Virus record (IMG/VR): IMGVR_UViG_3300025886_000021
Span: 1-60,968 of that record
Origin: a virus
Taxonomy: Duplodnaviria > Caudoviricetes
Reading direction: 5' to 3' (one strand)
Length of the DNA: 60,968 nt
In this document: in pieces, positions 1-9,649 of the stretch
Layout of the letters: every line of letters starts with the position of its first letter
Position numbering within the stretch: the stretch's first letter is position 1
Made by a program: the position numbers and the translations under genes
Notes under the pieces: generated by a model
Told to the model about the DNA's origin: nothing
The model's database searches: none
The model's input: only the letters and a program-made list of their open reading frames with translations

Positions 1-2541
1 TGCTGCTGAGGCTGATGTCGATCCAGATGCTATAAAGGTTGGGGTTGGTGTTCCTGCACCTTCCAATGTTGTTACTCTTGTACTAAACGAAGCGCTTGGT
101 GCCGTAAATGATCCAGATATTCCAGCTGCGGTAAATGGAGATGCTACATTAGTTAGTTGTGAACCATCACCTACAAAATATGCTGCCGAAGCTGTACTAG
201 CAAATATTATGTCTCCGGTTTCTAGTGAAGCGGATATTGTGGTTAAAGTATTACCATGACCAATTCTAAGTTGGTTTGATTCTCCTGCTATGCCTTGGCT
301 CCCCGATCCTATTGTTATGTTTCCAGTGCCAGTGGTTTGGAGATTTCCTGCACTTCTTCCTATACCAATATTGTTTTGACCTGTACTAGTGCTACTTAAT
401 GCAGCGTCGCCAAATGCTATATTATATGTACCTGATGATATGTTTCGCATTGTACGAAATCCAAAGCCTATGTTACTATCTCCACTTGTAAGATACAATA
501 GTGCTTCTTGGCCTATACCAATATTATAATTAGCATCACTCATTCTAGCTACAGGACTTGTTCCTCCTGCTCCTGCTAACCTACCTATAAAAACATTAAA
601 GTCTGATGCATTTGTGCTTAATGCATATCCTGCTGCATAGCCAATACAAACATTATCATCTCCAGTTGTATTTGTATACCCCGCATTTTGTCCCAAAAAT
701 ACATTTCTAGGCCCATTAATAGTATTATTAAACCCAGCCCCCGATCCTAATGATAAGTTAGTAGAATTTACTCTAAATGCGTTAAATTCCCCAAGTACAG
801 TTAAAGACCCAGTTATTATAGCCGAACCTGTAAATGGAAATGGGGTGGATGATATACCAGATAATTGAGAACCATCACCTAAATATGTTCCAAATGATGC
901 GGTTGAAGCTGCACTCGAAGATACATCAGCTATAAAGGTAGCTTTTGTTGAAGACATATCTAACCACGTATTACCTCCAGCTACAATTGTAAAGTCGACT
1001 GCTGCGGTTCTAGAAGATAACGCAACACCAGTTCCTGCTACTCCAGTAGTTGTTCCTAGCTCTAGTGTCGATCGTGTAGCTCCTCCATTAGTAATAAATA
1101 TTAAGTCTGTTCCAGAGTTGGAGGAATTAAGGTTCCAACCCCAAGCTGTACCTCTGATTTTTATATTCTGGCCAGTTGATGCGGCAGCGGCAGTAATGTT
1201 TAAGGTTTCACTTGATCTGATAAACGTCTGTTCATTATTACTACCACCATTAGCAGATCCAACTGCTGACATTTCTAATATTGATTGAGCAGCGCCTTCA
1301 CCACCAGTTAACACAATACCAGCTCCTTCTGTATAAACTGGACTTAAATTATCTTCAGTATCATATATGCGTAATCTCGTTCCATCATTACTGCCTGATA
1401 TTACTATGGCAGCTTTTGGAGCATCTGGCAGTGACAGTAAAGGCAAAGATCCAGATAAGATTAATGATCCAGTTATAACTGCATCGCCGGTAAATGGAAA
1501 TGGGGTGGATGATATACCAGATAATTGTGAACCATCGCCTAAATATGTTCCAAATGATGCGGTTGACGCGGCACTTGAACTAATGTTACCTGATGATGTT
1601 ATGCTTCCGAGTACAGTTATAGGATGATTGGTGAATTGGAATCCAACATCACCATATCCAGCATCTGCGTTTATCAACAGTTTAGTATCATTTCCAGAAG
1701 ACCCCTCCATATCACCAATCTCAACTGTCGATGCTCCTAAAGCCAATTCAGCTGTTGTCGATGTATTTGAAGAATACGCTATTTGAAACAAATCCGGATC
1801 CGTGAATGGCCTTGCATATATATTCATGAAGGTTGAATCATCAGCATTTTTACCAAAAATAAAATGCTCGTATCCATTCTTTCCAATTTGAAGCGTATTT
1901 GAGGTAGTGCCGGATGAAGCAGATAATATCAATGATCCGGTTATAGATGCATTTCCAAGATGACTACCATCCCATTCTGCAGTGATACCGGTTAATCCAG
2001 ATCCATCTCCTTCAAAGCTTCCGCTAAACGATCCACTAACACCTAATGCGTTTCGAAGATCAACTCGTCCACCACTAACAATTAACTGTCTATTTGTAGC
2101 TAAATCAATATTAACTGAATCTTTAAACTGCGCTTCAGATTCTACCACAAATGCAGATGTACCTGTAGATATAACAACATCATCACCGTTACCAGCAATA
2201 TTAAAGTTGCCACCACCAGTATTCAATATTCCAGATGCAGATACTGTCGTAAATGGTTGATCGATATTAGCTGCTAATATATAGCTAGCTGATTGGGCTG
2301 ATGTAACATAACTTGCTGTTGCAACACTCATCGATGCGGTTTGTGAATTAGTTACAAATGATGACGTTGCGCTACTTGTAACAAATCCTAATTCTGTGAT
2401 TTGTGCTGATCCTGAAACTGTGCCGGATGGAACCCCGCCACCACCTCCATTCATTGCATATGATGCTGTAACAGCATAACTTGCTGATATATTATATAAT
2501 ACATTTTCCTGGAGCTGGCCTGGTCTAATTTGTCTAGCCAT
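1..2541 (-). CDS. Tail fibre/adhesin-like protein, partial (runs off the left edge; absent from the ORF track)
   Basis: ATG at 2541 overlaps the upstream stop (TAATG). Reads MARQIRPGQLQENVLYNISASYAVTASYA..., with TAS/SGS motifs, repeated GDGSQLSGISSTPFPFTG modules and NxxIG beta-roll repeats (about 300-760). In frame at both ends; not every codon was checked. Confidence 0.8.
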   Translation of the reverse strand, partial: MARQIRPGQLQENVLYNISASYAVTASYAMNGGGGGVPSGTVSGSAQITELGFVTSSATSSFVTNSQTASMSVATASYVTSAQSASYILAANIDQPFTTVSASGILNTGGGNFNIAGNGDDVVISTGTSAFVVESEAQFKDSVNIDLATNRQLIVSGGRVDLRNALGVSGSFSGSFEGDGSGLTGITAEWDGSHLGNASITGSLILSASSGTTSNTLQIGKNGYEHFIFGKNADDSTFMNIYARPFTDPDLFQIAYSSNTSTTAELALGASTVEIGDMEGSSGNDTKLLINADAGYGDVGFQFTNHPITVLGSITSSGNISSSAASTASFGTYLGDGSQLSGISSTPFPFTGDAVITGSLILSGSLPLLSLPDAPKAAIVISGSNDGTRLRIYDTEDNLSPVYTEGAGIVLTGGEGAAQSILEMSAVGSANGGSNNEQTFIRSSETLNITAAAASTGQNIKIRGTAWGWNLNSSNSGTDLIFITNGGATRSTLELGTTTGVAGTGVALSSRTAAVDFTIVAGGNTWLDMSSTKATFIADVSSSAASTASFGTYLGDGSQLSGISSTPFPFTGSAIITGSLTVLGEFNAFRVNSTNLSLGSGAGFNNTINGPRNVFLGQNAGYTNTTGDDNVCIGYAAGYALSTNASDFNVFIGRLAGAGGTSPVARMSDANYNIGIGQEALLYLTSGDSNIGFGFRTMRNISSGTYNIAFGDAALSSTSTGQNNIGIGRSAGNLQTTGTGNITIGSGSQGIAGESNQLRIGHGNTLTTISASLETGDIIFASTASAAYFVGDGSQLTNVASPFTAAGISGSFTAPSASFSTRVTTLEGAGTPTPTFIASGSTSASAA
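830..1566. repeat. Near-identical 77-bp direct repeat (830-906 and 1490-1566) inside the tail fibre gene
   Basis: gtaaatggaaatggggtggatgatataccagataattgWgaaccatcRcctaaatatgttccaaatgatgcggttga occurs twice, 660 bp apart, with 2 synonymous mismatches. Confidence 0.9.
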
Positions 2542-3764
2542 TATGCCCATCTCCCATTAACAATAACAGTGTCTGTATTCAAAATATCATATCCCAATGT
2601 TCCTGTATTAAATACAATTGTTTGTGTTGTGTTTTCATCTGGTGTCCACGTATACGCTGCTTTGTCTATGTATTGACCATTTACATACACATCAAATTCA
2701 TTTTTAACGGCAAATTGCAAAGTGGTTGGATTTTGTGCTGGCGTAGCTGTAATGCTGACTTCCGTTGCAGAAACATATGTAGCAGTTTGATCTGTTAAAT
2801 TTGTTAGGTATAACATTGTAGTGCTATCAACAGATGTTTTACTTCCTCCGCCATTAACAATAACACTACCTCCGCCGGCAATCGTTTGTGATGCATTTAA
2901 TAATTGTTGCGGTACAATTGTAGTATTAAATATATTAGTATTTACATCTACTACCATATCGAATACTAATTTTTTAACTGAGTACATTTTTTTTAAAGTT
3001 GCAATTTTAGTTTCATGTTCTGATAAAAGAGTTCCTAATACTGTTAACGGTATAGTTGCTCTAACTAAACGATCTTCGCCTGTTGTATTAACAGTTTCAA
3101 AACTAACATTGCCTATAGAAGTTTCATATCGATTTTGTTCATTACCCCAAGCAAATCTACCATATGGTAATATTTGATCTATTACATCATTCATTTGAGT
3201 TGTAAAATCACACCAAATCATCATTTCATATTCAACTGTAACATATTTTGGTATATCAATTACATATACTTTATCCGAATTAGTTGGTATATTTGTTGGA
3301 ATTGGAAACAATTCATCTTCATACCTATTTCGTTTATTATATTTTGTTTTGTATATTATACGATTATCTGAAAGTGTACGATTAACATCTAATCCTTTTT
3401 TATTGTCTCGCTCTTGCATTGAACTACGTTTTATCATAATAAGCGGAGATTGAAGCATTCCTTTTTCATCTCTAATATATCCTAAACGACGAACATTATC
3501 CCATTTTTCTCCATTTGAAAATATAACAGGAATATTTATCAGGTTTTTATTAGCAGTAATTTGTGGTTCTATTTCATTTTCAATATACCATTTAATGGCA
3601 TAATCAATATCATATACTGTTCGCTGCGCACTTCGTATTACATCATCGTCGCGTCTTGTTTGCTCGGCCCGATTTAATATTGGATCATCAAATATACCTT
3701 CTGTGCGTTTAGGACTAGGTTTATTTGTTTTGCGATCTATATTTTTTCTGTTATATCTAGGCAC
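2541..3764 (-). CDS. Tail terminator/sheath-completion protein (T4 gp15-like) with C-terminal beta-rich extension
   Basis: Lies downstream of the neck genes; IPVIFSNGEKW, PLIMIKR and PKYVTVEYE motifs; GTG start with AAGGA upstream. Confidence 0.65.
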   Translation of the reverse strand: MPRYNRKNIDRKTNKPSPKRTEGIFDDPILNRAEQTRRDDDVIRSAQRTVYDIDYAIKWYIENEIEPQITANKNLINIPVIFSNGEKWDNVRRLGYIRDEKGMLQSPLIMIKRSSMQERDNKKGLDVNRTLSDNRIIYKTKYNKRNRYEDELFPIPTNIPTNSDKVYVIDIPKYVTVEYEMMIWCDFTTQMNDVIDQILPYGRFAWGNEQNRYETSIGNVSFETVNTTGEDRLVRATIPLTVLGTLLSEHETKIATLKKMYSVKKLVFDMVVDVNTNIFNTTIVPQQLLNASQTIAGGGSVIVNGGGSKTSVDSTTMLYLTNLTDQTATYVSATEVSITATPAQNPTTLQFAVKNEFDVYVNGQYIDKAAYTWTPDENTTQTIVFNTGTLGYDILNTDTVIVNGRWA

Positions 3765-3766
3765 GG

Positions 3767-4285
3767 CTATCCTTTAAATGCTGGAGAAGCATTGTTGCCT
3801 CCAGTTCTTATATCTTTAATGCCTTGTGGTGTTTGACGAGTAACATGAGCGTCTACCATTACTGACACACTATATCCATGATCGTCGCCATTGGGCCATG
3901 TTTCTGGGTTTTTACCTACAAAATATTGATTTGCATCAACATTGTCTACTTCAAAATATTCATTGTCCCAAAGCAATATATCTCCAACTTCTGGATAAAA
4001 GTCTGCTCTAACTAATATATCTCTAGATATAGCAAATTTACCCGTTCTAGTATATGTGTGTCCATAATCGTCCATATTTGAATTTTTTTCGTCTTTGGTA
4101 ATCACACATGGTATTAATATAGAGTCATAATACGATTTATTTTCTGATTCTCCGTATATATTTGAGTTTGATGGTCCAACTATTAATTTGTAAAATTCTA
4201 TCTCAGTATCAATTATTGCGTTGATTAATTCTGAGTTAATTGCTGCTACAAATTTAGCATCTCGTTGTCCACCAAATAATGCCAT
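3767..4285 (-). CDS. Neck/head-closure protein (gp14-like)
   Basis: NIYGE, PEVGD and YFEVDNV motifs; synteny between the gp13-like and gp15-like genes. Confidence 0.65.
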   Translation of the reverse strand: MALFGGQRDAKFVAAINSELINAIIDTEIEFYKLIVGPSNSNIYGESENKSYYDSILIPCVITKDEKNSNMDDYGHTYTRTGKFAISRDILVRADFYPEVGDILLWDNEYFEVDNVDANQYFVGKNPETWPNGDDHGYSVSVMVDAHVTRQTPQGIKDIRTGGNNASPAFKG

Positions 4286-4288
4286 GTT

Positions 4289-5512
4289 TTATCCTATATA
4301 TATTTTTAATGGAACTTTGCTTAATATTTCCATTTGTTGAGTAGCTTCCGCCCCTTGCCTTGTGAGCATTTGTTCTTTTGTCAATTTTTCTAAAAATTCT
4401 CGAAGCTGAGTAATTAATGCTTCTTTTTCAGACTGACCTTGACTAACCAAATCTCCTCCGTTTAGTGTTACTTCTCCTCCCGGGATTGGTACATTTGAAT
4501 ATTTGCTACGAATATATCCCAATGTTTCTTTGACTTGAGCCGCTCCATATCTATATATCCAACTACGCCCCATATCATTAATATTGGTGTACTTTTGATA
4601 TGAGTATGGTATATTAGATGCGTCTGTGACTACACCGTTTAAAAGTGCGCTATTCCCAAATAATACCCCATCATTCGTTTTGTCTTTTTCATACATAAAT
4701 TCAAACCAAACTTTGTCATAAAATGGTGTAGATATAGTACCTTGTGTTCCTGGTACTGGATATAATTTGATATCATCTCCATGAATTTCAAATGAAAATG
4801 CGGATTTTCTAATTCGATCGTTCATTTCAATAGTTTGAATTCGGAATAAATCCATATGCAATGGCATCATCATGAAATTGACACTAGGAGAAAATCCTCC
4901 AAAATCAAATGCATCTAAAAGTTGTTGTGAACCTAATCCAGTTCCTACGAATGGATCAAAATATCTTACTATTGCTGGAGGCGTATTATGAAGAACTTTT
5001 CTAATTTCGATACCATTATTATTGGTAATGTCTACACCTAATGATGCAGATACAGCTTTTCTAATACTATATGTTTGTTGTCCGTCTTGTACGTCAATTG
5101 ATGCAGTATGCCATTTTACATTACCTCCGGAGTCTGCTTCTGTTCCATATGTTTTTGATAGCTTAGTAATATAACCTAAATTACCTCCTACTAATGCTCC
5201 AGTAAATCCATCGCCAGTTAAAAAACTCGATCCAGTGTCTACGCCTAATGTGTTTATTAAATTGTTAACAATGTTATTTTGATTAACTTGATTGGAATAT
5301 TCTATAACTGCAGTTTCAAATGCCGTATAAAAATTTATGTCTAATAGTTCAACATCCATGATTGGATATCCAACATGATTGGCAGCAAAGACAGCAAAAC
5401 TATCTGCTTCACTTTGAAATGCATTATCATTATCAAAAAATCCAAATGGTGTTTTTCCAGGCGCAAATGACGAACTACCGGGCCAAATTGGTTTATTTTC
5501 TGAATAGTCCAT
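4289..5512 (-). CDS. Neck protein (gp13-like head-tail adaptor)
   Basis: GYPIMDVEL near the N-terminus; C-terminal WIYRY...KETLGYIRSKY...IPGGEVTLNG typical of gp13. Confidence 0.8.
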   Translation of the reverse strand: MDYSENKPIWPGSSSFAPGKTPFGFFDNDNAFQSEADSFAVFAANHVGYPIMDVELLDINFYTAFETAVIEYSNQVNQNNIVNNLINTLGVDTGSSFLTGDGFTGALVGGNLGYITKLSKTYGTEADSGGNVKWHTASIDVQDGQQTYSIRKAVSASLGVDITNNNGIEIRKVLHNTPPAIVRYFDPFVGTGLGSQQLLDAFDFGGFSPSVNFMMMPLHMDLFRIQTIEMNDRIRKSAFSFEIHGDDIKLYPVPGTQGTISTPFYDKVWFEFMYEKDKTNDGVLFGNSALLNGVVTDASNIPYSYQKYTNINDMGRSWIYRYGAAQVKETLGYIRSKYSNVPIPGGEVTLNGGDLVSQGQSEKEALITQLREFLEKLTKEQMLTRQGAEATQQMEILSKVPLKIYIG

Positions 5513-5525
5513 ATTTTCCTTTTAT

Positions 5526-5533
5526 TATAAATA
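5526..5533 (-). promoter_or_regulatory. Representative of the recurrent (A)TATTTATA putative late promoter
   Basis: Also at 6503, 9572, 10410, 13142, 15005, 19012, 21487, 24240, 30839, 33011, 41051, 43864, 49364, 54607, 57201 and 60161 (minus), and at 50470 and 51985 (plus). Each lies upstream of a co-oriented start codon. Confidence 0.75.
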
Positions 5534-6199
5534 TCAATACTTTTCATTTAGAAGGTTCAAAATCTCTTCTAAAGATTCATGTCGGTGGTTATCTGTTAAA
5601 ATAATTTCATTAACATATTTCGATTCTTTAATTTTTGGTACCTCATGTATAGCAGAATCGTTGGTATATTTTAAATCAATTTGATACCGGTCTCCACATA
5701 ATATCATAGTGCTATGTTTGCCTAACCGACTCACAACCATTTGTAGTTGTTGTTTAGTTAGGTTTTGAAATTCATCTACAATACATATTGAATGATCAAA
5801 AGTACGTCCTCTAAAATGGGCTAATGAAACTAATTCAATATTTTCTTCTTTTTCCATTTTTTCTAATAATTCTGGTTTATTGTAAACTTTTCTCATGTTA
5901 CTTCGTATAGGAACAAGCCATTCGCTCATTTTTTCTTCCAAAGACCCAGGTAGGAATCCATTATCTTCAGTAGATACAGTAGGACGAGTAATAATAATTT
6001 TGTCAACTTCTCGTTTAAAATATTTGTCTAATGCTACTTGTACTGCTAACAATGTTTTACCTGAACCAGCTTTACCTAATATAAAGTTAAATGGTGTTTT
6101 TAATATTTTAGCTTTTGCTTGTTTTTGTTCTTCTGATAATGTTATAGAAAATTTAATACTGTTTTTTGGAGGGGTCTTGACCCGGTTTGGTGTCGACAT
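5534..6199 (-). CDS. phoH: PhoH-family ATPase
   Basis: GKAGSGKT Walker A, ITRP, GFLPG, RGRTF, DEFQN and GDxxQxD motifs. Confidence 0.95.
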   Translation of the reverse strand: MSTPNRVKTPPKNSIKFSITLSEEQKQAKAKILKTPFNFILGKAGSGKTLLAVQVALDKYFKREVDKIIITRPTVSTEDNGFLPGSLEEKMSEWLVPIRSNMRKVYNKPELLEKMEKEENIELVSLAHFRGRTFDHSICIVDEFQNLTKQQLQMVVSRLGKHSTMILCGDRYQIDLKYTNDSAIHEVPKIKESKYVNEIILTDNHRHESLEEILNLLNEKY

Positions 6200-6211
6200 A
6201 TTATAACCTTT

Positions 6212-6487
6212 TTAGCTTAATTTAGTAAGTGTTGTTTGACGATATGACATATCTTTAAGTGTTTCAATTTTACCTAAACATAGTTGTCGAATTGCTTGAA
6301 ATGTTTTATTTGCTGGGTACGGTGTTAAGATTTTAATTTTAACCAACTCTTTATTAGGTCCCAAGTCTTGTTCTATATGAACCATTAAAACTAAACGTAT
6401 TGCTCTGATTCGATCTAACACGTCTACAAGTCGGCCGTCATACCGTATATCTGCAAACATTTCGTATTTGATTCTTGGAACTGCCAT
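6212..6487 (-). CDS. Small hypothetical protein, possible ferredoxin-like fold
   Basis: 91-aa ORF with its own ATATTTATA motif upstream; alternating beta/alpha pattern. Confidence 0.6.
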   Translation of the reverse strand: MAVPRIKYEMFADIRYDGRLVDVLDRIRAIRLVLMVHIEQDLGPNKELVKIKILTPYPANKTFQAIRQLCLGKIETLKDMSYRQTTLTKLS

Positions 6488-6520
6488 ATTATTTCTTTTT
6501 TATATAAATATCAAAACAGT

Positions 6521-6548
6521 AAAAAAGGGGAGCCGAAGCCCCCCTTTT
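6521..6548 (-). terminator. Intrinsic terminator after the major capsid gene (cUUCGg tetraloop)
   Basis: Minus strand GGGGGGC-TTCG-GCTCCCC-TTTTTT. Confidence 0.9.
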
Positions 6549-6599
6549 CCCATTCAATTGTTAATTCTTTAAATTAAAAAGTGTTTAACTGTTTAACTA

Positions 6600-8285
6600 T
6601 TAAAGAGTCTCCAATCCTTTCACATATACTTTTCCGTAGAATTCTGGACGAACTACTTTCTTCGCGTAACGTGTCATGACACCTTTACGTGGAGTGAAGT
6701 TTACCGGATCATATACTAATGGAGTCATGATAAGAGGTACATATGGAGAGAAAACTGCTCCTGTTTCTAGGAATTGTGCTCCTCTGAAGCCCATAAGAAT
6801 TACATTTTCTTTCATGTATGGATTTTTATAAACAGTGTATCTGTTATTGATTGCACCAATCTTTTGTACACCTGCGGCAAATTCCATTTTGTCACCATTT
6901 GTGTCTGCAGCAAATCCAGGAATAGATTCAAGGATAGTTGCAACTGCTGGAGATGTAACTAAGAAGTTAGCACCACCACGCAATGTCTTTTGGTGAATTT
7001 TATTTGAAACTTTCTGCAATTTCGTACCAAGAGTTTGGAACCATCCACCTTGCGTGTTATAGAACCCACCAGTAACAGCAGACGTTTGATCGAATGCCGA
7101 TCCATTCCAGATCTCATTGTTAACAGCTGACCAATACTCAGTAGTTGGAGCAGATGAAATCAACATATCAAGAATCTCTAAATCGATCTCCATTGATACA
7201 TACTCAGATAACATTGAAGTTAATTCTGCTTCTGCATCGATAGAGTGATAAGCGTTAAGGTCTTGAGCGAACTCAGGAGTCCATACAGCCTTTAACTTAC
7301 GAGTCTTAGCAACGATTGGCTCACTTTGAAGTTCCAAGTTAACTTCTGGAATATCAATATCTGTACCTTCGTTAATACCACTTGTTCCACCAGCGTTACC
7401 TTTGAATGGATTTTTGTCTTCAAAATCACCTCTAGTTGTATCCGTTGGAGCCAAGCTATAGTTGATGTTAAATGTATTATTCGTGATCGCATCTTGAATT
7501 CCAGCTGCCAATGACATTGTTACTACCATTGATGCAGTAAAGTTAGCATCAATTGTTGAGAATGCTTGTACTGGAACAACTTCTGTAGATCCGGAAATCA
7601 CTGTAAATGATCTAACAGCCAATGGATCAGCGTTAACTGGTACTGGTACTGTTAAATTAAAATACTGACCAGAATTGGCAGTGTAAAGTGAATCAAAGTT
7701 TAATGATGCACTAGTTGCAGATGCAGCTGCTGCTAAAGAACCTGTAGAGGCTCCTGCAGATACAGTTGCGGCAGTACCAGTTTGAGTTGGAATTGAATAT
7801 CCAAATCTACCAGCACCATAAAGACCACCGGTTGGATCACCTGATGTATTAGTTACACCAAACATTGAATCGTCAGCTTCTGGAGTTCCAAATGGATGTC
7901 CATTGTCTCCAGGAACATCAGCATTGTCATCATCAAATCCAGGTACAGCTGTACCATATTTAAAGTCTAAGTAAAATACTAGACCTGATGGCAAGTTCAT
8001 TGGTTGAACTGATACGAATTCTTTAGCTGCAAATTCAGCAAAGATTCTTCTTACTAATGGAAGAGCAACTCCTGCCCATTCCTCAGAACCTGCTGCGGTA
8101 CCCGTAGCATTTGATTCTTTTACTAGTTGTCTTGCTTGATTTTCAAGCAGAGTAGCCATTCCGGCTTTTTCAGTCTCACTAGTAAGACCTTCTAATAGAC
8201 CTGTTCTTTCCCATTTTGAAACGTGTGCTTTAACAGCATTTCTTTGAGAAGCGTCAGGACTTTGTAATAATGAATTTAAACTCAT
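6600..8285 (-). CDS. Major capsid protein (T4 gp23-like)
   Basis: LLENQ, LPLVRR, VSVQPMNLPSG, AKTRKLKAVWTPEFAQDLNAYHSIDAEAEL, PYVPL and GVMTRYA motifs. Confidence 0.97.
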   Translation of the reverse strand: MSLNSLLQSPDASQRNAVKAHVSKWERTGLLEGLTSETEKAGMATLLENQARQLVKESNATGTAAGSEEWAGVALPLVRRIFAEFAAKEFVSVQPMNLPSGLVFYLDFKYGTAVPGFDDDNADVPGDNGHPFGTPEADDSMFGVTNTSGDPTGGLYGAGRFGYSIPTQTGTAATVSAGASTGSLAAAASATSASLNFDSLYTANSGQYFNLTVPVPVNADPLAVRSFTVISGSTEVVPVQAFSTIDANFTASMVVTMSLAAGIQDAITNNTFNINYSLAPTDTTRGDFEDKNPFKGNAGGTSGINEGTDIDIPEVNLELQSEPIVAKTRKLKAVWTPEFAQDLNAYHSIDAEAELTSMLSEYVSMEIDLEILDMLISSAPTTEYWSAVNNEIWNGSAFDQTSAVTGGFYNTQGGWFQTLGTKLQKVSNKIHQKTLRGGANFLVTSPAVATILESIPGFAADTNGDKMEFAAGVQKIGAINNRYTVYKNPYMKENVILMGFRGAQFLETGAVFSPYVPLIMTPLVYDPVNFTPRKGVMTRYAKKVVRPEFYGKVYVKGLETL

Positions 8286-8309
8286 TTTTTGTTTTCCTTT
8301 TTTTAAAGT

Positions 8310-9470
8310 TTATTTAATTAAACCCGCTAGTTTCTTCCAACGGTTGGCTTGTTCAAAGCCTTCAGTTAATACTTGAGTTGTTGCTTTGCTTGGAGCAGTT
8401 GTTGCAACAGGTTTAGATGCTAATGATCTTGATTCTTTAACTACCTTTCTTTTACCTCTACTAGGCTTTTTGAAAGATTCTGCCAAAGTACTAAATACTA
8501 GTTTAGCTTCTCTTGTGTTTGCTGCTCTATCAAAGTTTTCAATAACTTTCATTTTTTGACCTTCGTTAAGATCAAAGTTTCTGAACAATTTGTTCGTGTA
8601 AAGAAGTTTTGCGTTTAGAAGATTAACTTCGTTGATTACCGATTTAAGATGACCAACCGTACGATATGCTTCGTCAAGTTCTTCTTTAACAACTTTAGAT
8701 TCACTTTCGTTACATCCACATCCGCTTGTTTTGCCTTCTGCCATTGGTTTACCGCAATCTGGGCATTCTTTTTCTTTGTCTTCTTCGTCTTCTTCTTCTG
8801 CTAGAATTGCTTCAATAAGTTCGTCGATCGATTGATTGGTAGATTCTACAACTTGTCCTGGGTCAAGTCCATTGTCTTTTTCGGAATAATTTTCTGGTAT
8901 CATATTATCATCATACTCTGCATAATCGCCTTCGCCATATATACCCTCTTCTTGGGAGTCAGCTTCTAGATCTTCTTCAAGCTCTCGAATAATTTCTTCA
9001 AGACCCAAATCTTCTTCCGCACCCATGGGTCCAACTTCTTCATCTTCGATGCCCATTTGCATTTCCGCGTCATCTTCCATATCAACATCCATTTCTGGTT
9101 CTACATCCATGTCATCCATTCCTGGTTTTGACATAATATCACCAGTAAAGTCAATTTCGCCGTCCATGTCAGTGTCAATTTCGATATCACCAACATCCAT
9201 TGGTTCGCCGTCCATTTCTGGTTCCATTTCCATGCCGTCCATTTCTGGTTCCATTTCCATGTCACCTTCCATGTCATCCATTCCTGGTTCCAAAGCCATA
9301 CCGCCTTCCAACTCTTCGTCTTCTAACTCACTCATCAATTCATTTTCTAGCATACTCTTCATTCTAGGGGCAAATGCCTCTTGAAGAGCAACTTTTGCAT
9401 TCGCTAACGCAGTTTCTTTAACGGCTTTAGCATCCGCAATTGCTTCTTTTAGCAAATCTGATTTTGCCAT
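8310..9470 (-). CDS. Prohead core scaffold protein (gp22-like), highly acidic
   Basis: Directly upstream of the capsid gene; D/E/M-rich with many xxE sites; C-terminal LLNAKLLYTNKLF...RWKKLAGL. Confidence 0.8.
   Translation of the reverse strand: MAKSDLLKEAIADAKAVKETALANAKVALQEAFAPRMKSMLENELMSELEDEELEGGMALEPGMDDMEGDMEMEPEMDGMEMEPEMDGEPMDVGDIEIDTDMDGEIDFTGDIMSKPGMDDMDVEPEMDVDMEDDAEMQMGIEDEEVGPMGAEEDLGLEEIIRELEEDLEADSQEEGIYGEGDYAEYDDNMIPENYSEKDNGLDPGQVVESTNQSIDELIEAILAEEEDEEDKEKECPDCGKPMAEGKTSGCGCNESESKVVKEELDEAYRTVGHLKSVINEVNLLNAKLLYTNKLFRNFDLNEGQKMKVIENFDRAANTREAKLVFSTLAESFKKPSRGKRKVVKESRSLASKPVATTAPSKATTQVLTEGFEQANRWKKLAGLIK
9207..9260. repeat. Perfect 27-bp tandem repeat x2 (encodes MEMEPEMDG)
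   Basis: gccgtccatttctggttccatttccat occurs twice in tandem. Confidence 0.9.
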
Positions 9471-9494
9471 TTGTTTTCTCCTTAAATTTGTTTT

Positions 9495-9579
9495 TTGGAA
9501 ATAAGATTATTTTAAATCTTAATAGAATTATTTTATTTAATAGACACTATATAGGGATAGCGTATTTCCAATATAAATA
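9495..9579 (-). promoter_or_regulatory. Late-type promoter motif followed by a structured 5' leader of the scaffold-capsid operon
   Basis: TATTTATA at 9572-9579, then a 9-bp outer stem TTGGAAATA/TATTTCCAA enclosing two hairpins. Confidence 0.55.
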
Positions 9580-9600
9580 TACCGCTACTTAGAAAACAGT

Positions 9601-9630
9601 AAAAAAGTCCTAACATTTCTGCTAGGACTT
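9601..9630 (-). terminator. Intrinsic terminator downstream of bS21
   Basis: Minus strand AAGTCCTAGCA-GAAA-TGTTAGGACTT-TTTT (GNRA loop). Confidence 0.85.
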
Positions 9631-9649
9631 GTAAAAAAACTTTAAATAT

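Noticed and set aside
830-1566. Possible DGR template/variable repeat pair
   Set aside because: Only two mismatches, both synonymous; both copies are in-frame coding; no reverse transcriptase in the window.
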